Below, in pieces: positions 55,081-64,000 of a stretch of DNA of 64,000 nucleotides; position 1 is the first letter of the stretch; each line of letters starts with the position of its first letter. A model generated the notes under the pieces. The model saw only the letters and a list, made by a program, of their open reading frames with translations, did not search any database and was not told the origin of the DNA. This stretch comes from Octopus vulgaris (Eukaryota). The translations under genes were made by a program, and so were the position numbers. The DNA lies in NCBI GenBank assembly GCA_951406725.2, contig OX597816.1:51088001-51152000 (forward strand). The letters are read 5' to 3'.

Positions 55081-57376
55081 CAAAAAAGTGATTTCTGAGA
55101 CAAGAGAGTTAAAACAAATATATATAAAAATAACCATGACAATCAGATAAACCTTCATGAGAAAATATAGAAAACAATAAGAAAATATAAGGAGAAATAC
55201 ATAGAATGCAACCAAAAAATATGCTGCTCGAATGGTAGCAAAAAAGATACAAACTCGAAGGAACTTTGCGTATAACTAACTAGTAGATATAACGGCAGAA
55301 GCGATATTAAGCTGAACCTTAGAAGTGAAATAAACTGCCCCACATATACAAAACACTACGAAGAAATATTATAGCAAAGCCCCAGACTTGTGGACAACCA
55401 CCATGAAAGAGGTACATGCCCTAACATCAACAACCACGCAATACATAATAATGCTTGAAATAATAGGAATTCCAGTTGCAAAATTCTAATGCATTTCTAC
55501 ACCGCGATCTAGAAACACATTCCCGGGTCCGACAAATACCATAGAATATTCAATACCTATTATGTCTGACTCTCTTTTTCCACTACCTATAACCTAGCGC
55601 AGATCATAGCAGCATAAAATTTGAGAAGACTATCGTACCTCCGAAGGCCCGACGGAAATAGTAGACATGACAAGAAAACTGATACAGTTAACGGGAATAT
55701 TGAAAATGTTAACATGGGTGACAGGACAGGAATTGTGAATAACAGAAGAAATGCGAACACTAATAATACATAATGTATCAGAGGGTGGTAATACAGTAAG
55801 GGCAAGCAGTCGATGTAAGACAAGCCTTGACAGTCAACAAGACAGGGCGTGGAAATTGCTAGAAATAGCAGCCCACAAACACCTATGGTTAGAAAGCTAA
55901 GGACAAATAATAGATCGATAGGGATAAGGTCAGCAGAGAGGCACTACAACACAAAAGATAATAGGACCGGAGGATTAGGTCTCTGTAATTGTACTAGCAA
56001 TAAAGTATATTCCGTAAGCGCGAGATTTTTCACGAGAAAGCTAGTGTATCGATTGAAGATAATATCTAAGAGAAGGACGTTCCTCTATATAGGGGCCAGT
56101 TCGCTAACTTTCAAAAAACCTGGCAAACTTTTTAAATTCATTGTGGGATAGAAATGAGATGAACACAACGAGCTTAAGCAGGCTAATCAGGTACCTTAAA
56201 AATAGGCACTATAGCTTTATCACAGTGTAGGCGAGAATTAGTATGGCTAAACCACGTGAAACAGGGGGAAATATATGTAAGTTATATATAGAAGGAATGA
56301 AACAAATCTTTACATCGAGACACAACTTATTTGATAGCAGGTTCGAGCAGGCCATAAATGCTTACACATGCAAGCCAAAACATTTAAGAATTTAACACGT
56401 GTTGTAGATTACTCCATTGGGAAGGAAAAAATAGAAGTTCATCTCCTTAAATTCCCAACTACATACATTTCTTCTTTACTAACATAGTATATCTGTGATG
56501 GTTTGGCGTCCCGTTCAGCTGGAGGACACATACGCCATAAAAACCGGGAAACCGGGCCCATGAGCCTGGATAGGCTTTAAAAGGGCGCATAAAAAATAAA
56601 TTGTATATATTCTTTTTCCTATCCACTGAGCAGCATAATAAATACCAATGCTACGAAAATTTCTCAATAATTAAGACTATAAGATGGAATCGAATCACTC
56701 TGAAATAAAATACGTTACAAGTTCTATACTTAAAAGTAAGCTTATTAAGTAATCATTTACAGCAATACACAAAGAGAACAGTCAAAACAACAACATAAAC
56801 ATTGACCAAATTAGATGAAATTCTGACATCAGCCCGCAATCGTTGTAAAGCCGAGTTCACCCACACAAGTTTACAAACAGATCGATTAAAAATTTCAAAC
56901 AACATCCCTTCGCTTCTTCTGAAACCTAACCAATAAACAACTACCAGAATTCAGTTCGCTTCGAACAAAGGTGGTTGTGAGACTCTGAATGAAGATGCTC
57001 AGAAAATTATGCCCTATTCCATATTCAACTGCCCGTAGTCTGTGAAGCGGAAACACGGAAACACGTGTAGGTTGTTGTAACCATAAAAGAAATATGCTGT
57101 ATGACATTCTATAATAAATTTTGAAGATGCTCCAGTCCCCATGTTCTATATCGTTATAATTAATACTTATATACACTGCATCGATAAATACATCTTCATG
57201 AAGCGAAGACGGAATTACCCATCGGAAGAATTTACAGAGTGAGTAACACCTCATCTTAGTCATAGACGTTAAATACTAATCGATGCGGTCAGCCGTAACC
57301 TGGAACATAAATGAGAGCCACAACAGTATCCGGCAAGATAATATATCGCTTAAACTCACATTAATTTGTATGTGTG

Positions 57377-57434
<58 letters not shown>

Positions 57435-57797
57435 TGTGTGTATGTATGTGTGTGTCCAATCGTGATACATGCTTACATACACATATATGCACACATATAT
57501 ACACATATATATACATACAGACATGTGTGTTTGTGCGTGCGTACTAGATGCGTATAAAGCTAAGGAGGGAATTATGAGATTATAGAAGGAAATATTTAAT
57601 ACTAGAGTTCATAACGTCATAACAACTCTATGTGGCAGGCATTGCTATGAATGTATGCTGCAGTTTTAAAAACAGAAGCAGGAATAATCTACTACGCATA
57701 TATAACAATAAGAAATTATGCGGTAGATACAATGTACGTCAAAGGACAGCTACTCGTTTATTCACTGCTTAACTGTTGTTGACATCAAGGACAGTGG

Positions 57798-57864
<67 letters not shown>

Positions 57865-59053
57865 CAAACAGGACTGGACGAAATAAGAAAGTATTATATA
57901 CAACTCAGGAATAAAATCTCCGACAAAGGCGGTAAAAAAACCGCCAGATTGTTGCTTATCTAAAACGTCTGCAAAAATGTATGTATGTACAAGTTCTGAT
58001 GTTTGATATTTCCTGAATATTATAAGGGAAGGACAACAACTTTATTATTCTAGCTGTTTATTTGATAGCTTAATCTGGGTCATTTTTGATGGGGATGCAA
58101 AATATTAGTACATATGAGCCCGATATATCAAACGGCAATTGATATATTATGGTCAAATGGTGAATGTGATAATGTTCAATTCTCCACTTGAAGGCATGTG
58201 ACAAGAATTCTGCCACAGCAACGTCTAGGGAAAACTTGAAATGGAGCTTTATAACTCAAATCTAATACACACTTATACGTATGCATATGCACAACGTAGA
58301 AATAGAAACAAGCACACACACATAAACACATGCACTCACGCACACCTTCACACTCCCAAACTCAAACATAGATATATATGTAAATTACATATACGCTTGA
58401 ACATTTCTAGGTTTAAGTTAATTATTTCGTCTCTTTCATCTAAGAATATAATCGAAATATTTGTCCAGATGTTTGTGATGTAAGTCATATTGACGTTTTG
58501 TATGCCACACTTTTCACTACGATAGGAATATTGCATTTTCATTTAACAGGGATTTATTCAAGATACTGATTTCCTTTGGAAAAGAATGAAATAATTTTAT
58601 AAAGATTGGTAAATATTGTTGATGAATTCAGATTTTCTGAGTGATATGATGTTAAATACTTGAGTTATTCATCCATCATTCAAACATATCTGTCAGTGAC
58701 AGAAAAATAATAGCGACAGTGTTTAGTACAAAGGATCAACTTATTAAATTGTTAGGCGTATATATAAAAGGGGCATGCATACGCGATTACAATTACATCG
58801 TCCTGGGGAGTTATTAGTGGGATGTGAATTTAAAAATTAGATGATTGTAATATATATATATAACAACAAATAAATCTGATAGTGTTCCGTTTCTGTAACA
58901 CCAAAAAAATTTCCGATCAGTTTGATCAACTCTTGTATATGACAGCTATTTCCCTGATCTACATCACAAGTATAAAACAATCGGCAATATGGAGAATCAT
59001 ATATGTACATACTTCTTATTATGACGAATTAAGAAAACTTATAAAGCCTATAG

Positions 59054-59112
<59 letters not shown>

Positions 59113-59120
<8 letters not shown>

Positions 59121-59440
59121 GTCTGGGAGAGAGTCATTCTCTTTTGGTGCCTTATTATTTAACACACACACGGGTAAAATTTCCCCTTATTTCTTTTCTC
59201 TTCTTCTAAAATGTTCGTTGCATCTTGCAACCTTTTCAATAGTTTTGATTCTCGAAAGTATTCAAAAAGGTTGCAAAATGCAACAAATTTTAGAAAAATA
59301 AAAAAGAAATAAGTGGAAATGTTACCGGTGAATGGGTTAAATTATAAGGCAGCAAAATAGAATGACACACTCTAGACACAACAGTATATGTCTCATCACA
59401 CGAATTCATATAAAGAATCTTGCAAACCAAATCCAAACAC
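59113..59440. mobile_element. Palindromic element, same family as 192-480
   Basis: TGTTGTGTCTGGGAGAGAGTCATTCT...AGAATGACACACTCTAGACACAACA; inner arms TTGCATCTTGCAACCTTTT / AAAAGGTTGCAAAATGCAA; starts at (TA)n. Confidence 0.75.
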
Positions 59441-59448
59441 AAAATATA

Positions 59449-60011
59449 TTGGGTTGTCCGGAAAGTTCGTGCTGATTTTTAAAGGAAAGAAAAAGGTCAA
59501 TAAATACTTGCCATTACATTTTTAATCAACCAAATATGAAACATTTTGTTGCACAATGCGTCTCCATCTTTCCTTTAACATGAAAATACCCTCTTACCAG
59601 AATCCAGTTGGTTTCATGGCAAATAATTCACCAAGGTACTTTTTTACGTTATCCCAGGAATTAAAATTTTTACCATTAAAACTATTCTGCAGAGACCTGA
59701 ATAAGTGGAAATCTGAAGGAGCAATATCTGGTGAATATGGATGGTGGGGTAATTAATCCCAGCCGAGCTGCAGCAATTCATGTCTAGTTCCCAAAATATT
59801 AAGCGCCAAAAGTGAACTTTCTTATCTCGCATTTTAAAGGGTTACAGAATTGACACAGGTTTCAGGAACATAAACCTTCTTCCACGAAAATATAACTTAA
59901 ATTGTGCTCTAAATGGAGGTGTAGTCAAATCCTATTTTATTGACTCAACCAAGTTCTAAAATAAATGTAAATTTAAACTACTATAAATCGGCACAAACTT
60001 TCCGGACAACC

Positions 60012-60015
<4 letters not shown>
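59449..60015 (-). mobile_element. Internally deleted mariner element, copy 2
   Basis: Same TIRs and nearly the same length as 38808-39373; minus-strand HPYSPDIAPSDFHLFRSLQ. Confidence 0.9.
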
Positions 60016-60079
<64 letters not shown>

Positions 60080-60280
60080 TATATGTATATATAATATTTT
60101 TTATAATTGTAATTAGTGTTCAACCCCGAAAAATTGCTTTACCACATAGCGAAATTTAGAAATAGCAGCCAAAGAACATAGCTATTTCTTCTACCGTAAG
60201 AAAAAACTCCCACATAACATATACTCAAAAACAATTCACGAAGGCAGAGAGGAGAAATCAACGAAATTCACTCGGCATTT

Positions 60281-60348
<68 letters not shown>

Positions 60349-60446
60349 CAATTGAGGATAAAATCTTTAAAAGAAATTATCAGTAGTCAGCGTGAAAAAC
60401 CTCGTAAGAGAAAAAATCCGTAAATTCTTCCTCTTTGAAAATATTC

Positions 60447-60717
60447 ATTTATATTATATTGAGGGTACATCTATTCGTAGATACCAACACGCTAAGAGGG
60501 ACCAATGCGGTCAAAACTACTAAAAATAAACAAAATTTTACCGAATGCAAAACTTCAAAACACATCATTTTAAAAAATGATATGTAACTGAATTCTTTTT
60601 AAAATTATGTGTTTTGAAGTTTTGCATTCGGTAAAATTTTGTTTATTTTTAGTAGTTTTGACCGCATTGGTCCCTCTTAGCGTGTTGGTATCTACGAATA
60701 GTAGTACCCTCAATATA

Positions 60718-60725
<8 letters not shown>
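60447..60725. repeat. Near-perfect palindrome, 130-bp arms, 19-nt loop
   Basis: 60447-60576 versus 60596-60725, three mismatches by eye; lies between (TA)n tracts. Confidence 0.92.
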
Positions 60726-60791
<66 letters not shown>

Positions 60792-61272
60792 GAGGTGGGG
60801 TCTGAAAAGTTATTGGCTTTGGGTAAAAAAAAATACAGGTAGATCAGCTACTTAAGATTTTATTCAGCATATTCCATTCTCAGATTCACATGCTTATTGC
60901 AGTGGCCCTTCAATTTTTCTTCTCCATGTAAAAGAAGGTAGAAAGTTGGGACTCCAACAACACTTTTTGTGGTACCCTCAAGGTTTGGAACTTTTCAGTA
61001 CCTTTTGTGTATATATGTTCTTTTATTCTTTTACTTGTTTCAATCTGTGGCCATGCTGGAGTACTGCAAATCAACCCCAGGACTTATTCTTTGTAATCTT
61101 AGTACTTCTTATCTCGGTCTCTTTTGCTGAACCACTAAGTTACGAGGATGTAAACACACCAGCATCAGTTGTTAATTGATGGTGGGGGACAAACGCAGAC
61201 AGACAAACATAAAATGTAATTATTCTTTTTTCATTCCAGGTGCCATTATATTAAACATTTGCAAAGAGTAAC

Positions 61273-62111
61273 TATGCCATGCACAAAAAAATTCAGCAGA
61301 ACTTTCAGATTTTCAAAGAAGTTGTATTGCTGGGCAATCTGAGGTTGGTTTTTGCCAGCGAAAATTTGCTGAAAATCTTCAAATTCCTCTTGCTACTGTA
61401 AATAGTGTTATAGTGCAATTCAAAAACCAAGGAAAAGAATCAACAGATTCTCATCCCGGCTGACCTGGGCCTTTTGCTGTTTGAAGAGAATTGTGGAAAA
61501 CGAACCCCGTTCAAATGCTTCAGATATTGCAAAACAGCTAGAAGTTAGTCCAAGAATGTGTTATATATCTGCATAAGTTTTGGTATTATGTACAAGCCGA
61601 TTGAAGAAAACCTCTCCTTCAACCAATTAATATCAAGAAAAGAAAGATATGAAGAGATGCCACAAAAATTCAGTTCATTTTGGGATAGAGCGATTTTCTC
61701 ATTTGATTTGCATTATTCTCAGACAGTGTACGTGTTTGGATCTAGAGACTTCCCAATCAAGAATTTGATTTGAAACGACTCCAACCAACTATTAAACATG
61801 CCAGTATCTATGTACTGGTATTGGGAGTTGTCACAAGCAATGGTCGTTCTGAGCTGATTGAATGTGTTGAAACCATAAACTCTGAAAAATACATCGAAAT
61901 ACATAATCAAGGCCTACTTCCGATGTATTTACATAATAACATAACGAAAAATGAGTTTTTATTCATGAAAGATGAGGCTCCATACCATACAGCGAAAAGG
62001 AATCAACAAGGGCTGATTGAAAATGGAATGAAAAAGCTTCTTTGGCCGAGCAAATCACCTGATATGAACCCAAATGAAAATCTTTGGAGGATACGAGATA
62101 GAGCTAGGTGA
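61273..62111 (+). pseudogene. Tc1-family (DD34E) transposase remnant
   Basis: HTH QRKFAENLQIPLATVNSVIVQFK; PTIKH; INSEKYIEI; FMKDEAPYHTAK...WPSKSPDMNPNENLW with exactly 34 residues between D and E; frameshifts and stops. Confidence 0.88.
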
Positions 62112-62179
62112 ATTCTTTCGATTGTTGAATGAAAAGTGGGCAAATATTCCAAAAAGCTCATCAGTTCTATGCCAAATAG

Positions 62180-62460
62180 ACATGACATGTCGGGAGGATT
62201 TGCCTGGGCAGGAAAATCCATAACATTACATGACATGTCACGGATTCACCAGAGGGGCACACACAATCCATAGCATTACATGACATGTCACGGATTCGCC
62301 AGAGGGGCAGGCGCAACCCATAACATTACATGACATGTCGGGGATTTGTCACAGGGGCAGGGGCAACCCACAACATTACATGACATGTCGGAGATTCGCC
62401 AGAGGGGTAGGCCTAAACCATAACATTACATGACATGTCACGGATTCGCCAGAGGGGCAG
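62180..62460. repeat. 50-bp minisatellite, ~5.6 copies
   Basis: CCATAACATTACATGACATGTC (with single-base variants) recurs at 62218, 62268, 62318, 62368 and 62418. Confidence 0.95.
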
Positions 62461-63304
62461 ACCGTACATTTTCCGTGGTTTTACAGCTGCTGTTTTAAGC
62501 ATTGAGTAGCCTTTGAGATACATGTATCAGATAATTATTTGGGCAACATTAATTTACGAGAACTTTATATTATCGGTACAACACATTTGACAAAGCATTA
62601 GCTAAATATCATAATTTTCTGTATCACATGTCCATTTTTCTTTCATTGGTCCATATATTGATTGGGACTTAAAGAAGTGATAATATATGTCTACGTATAA
62701 TTATTTATGTTTACGTATATGCATGTACGTCTGAGCGTATGTGTGCCTATGAAAGCACTTCTATGTGAGGGGAAATAACAGCGCACTTTAGCCTCGACCT
62801 TGTGACTTTCTTTTACGTTGATATAGAAACTATTTCCATTTTTCCCTTTTATCTCTGTTTTACTATCTGGTTTTCATTTTAAGAGCGTCAAACTGTCTTC
62901 CATTTGCACAAACATGCGAGGGACATGTGTGTGTGAACGTGTGTGTGTTAGTGTGATTCTACATGTATCTAAACTACAAACGAAAGATTTACTATTTACT
63001 GATGACGTCTTCATTTTCCAGCATCCATCAGTGCTGCGTATGTGTAATACCAGTTTGTTAGTTCAACTAATCCTGCATCATTCTGTAACAATCGCAAAAA
63101 GCTCTTACTTTTTATATTCTGAGGAAGACCTAAGAAATGTGAAACTAATGGAGTAACAAGTCACATGTTATGCGTGTGTGTGTCTGTGCGTATGTATGAG
63201 TGTGTATGTTTGAATGTGAGTGTATATATATATATATATATATGTGTGTGTTTCTGTGTGTGTGTATGTCTGTGTGTGTATACAGACGTATATATATGTA
63301 TATA

Positions 63305-63387
<83 letters not shown>

Positions 63388-64000
63388 ATATGAACATCTG
63401 TGCAGCATCGATATTCTTCCCTGTGTCTGTGGAATTCTTTTATCTCTGCCGTAAGACTCATTTCCAAACACGCCAGCTGAATTCAATTCGTCCCCAGTCG
63501 AAAGACACCTGTTGTTGTGTCCTGTTATTATTATTTTTACTTCTAATTTATATATATTTTATTTATATTTGTGTAACATTGTCTGTTTTTCCGTCCTTGT
63601 TTTTGTATACATTCGATGATTTCTTGCAAGGAATCTAATGCTCTTAGCTTAGCTTTTTCTTTGGGGCTGGCCAGATTGGAGCATTCTCAAGATTAATCAG
63701 CCGAAATTGCGACGATGATCAGGTTCTTGACTGAAGATAGAAAGCTTCGAATGACCCGTTCTTGTTTTTTTTTTGTATCGTCTATCTGGATGTTTTGTTG
63801 TCCCTTTTTGTATCACCTAGTTTTCCGTATGTTTTGCGTTCCCATTTTGTATTATATATATATACTATTAACAATGAAGTTCAATATTGCTTGCTTGCAA
63901 TGTTACACAGCCGAACTGGAGCATATCAGGAAAATACTTTGAATGTAAATTGCCCATGAAATGTGAATACAAACTGAATAAGACAAGTTAAATCGTACCA

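Noticed and set aside
57920-57948. GGCGGT-A6-ACCGCC hairpin as terminator or hammerhead
   Set aside because: No U-tract, and the flanking CCGACAA/AGA departs too far from CUGANGA/GAAA; at best a dead pLTR motif.
62180-62460. CRISPR-like repeat/spacer array
   Set aside because: The variable halves are homologous to one another, there are no cas genes and the context is eukaryotic; it is a minisatellite.

Overview
AT-rich eukaryotic DNA made almost entirely of microsatellites and transposon debris. The repeat families resemble those of coleoid cephalopods, probably Octopus; this is inferred from recalled SINE and LINE motifs, not from a database search. No host exon, rRNA, genuine tRNA or CRISPR array could be supported, so the window is probably intronic or intergenic, and most ORFs in the track are microsatellite translations. 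Recognisable content: a decayed RTE LINE (8.9-11.1 kb); a Buster-type hAT transposase remnant; a RepHel Helitron remnant (18.6-24.35 kb) and a related non-autonomous Helitron (0.76-2.36 kb) sharing one captured SINE; three (TAA)n-anchored arrays of co-oriented R4/Dong-type RLE retrotransposon ends plus a ~500-bp non-coding partner element; Penelope-like fragments with hammerhead-like motifs and fold-back palindromes in (TA)n; mariner, Tc1, pogo-like and GGATC-terminated MITEs; and three tRNA-derived SINE families. The most interesting items are the (TAA)n arrays with their unexplained partner element, the Helitron-borne SINE, and the many near-perfect hairpins. I found no convincing new protein-coding system. 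All coordinates were read by eye.
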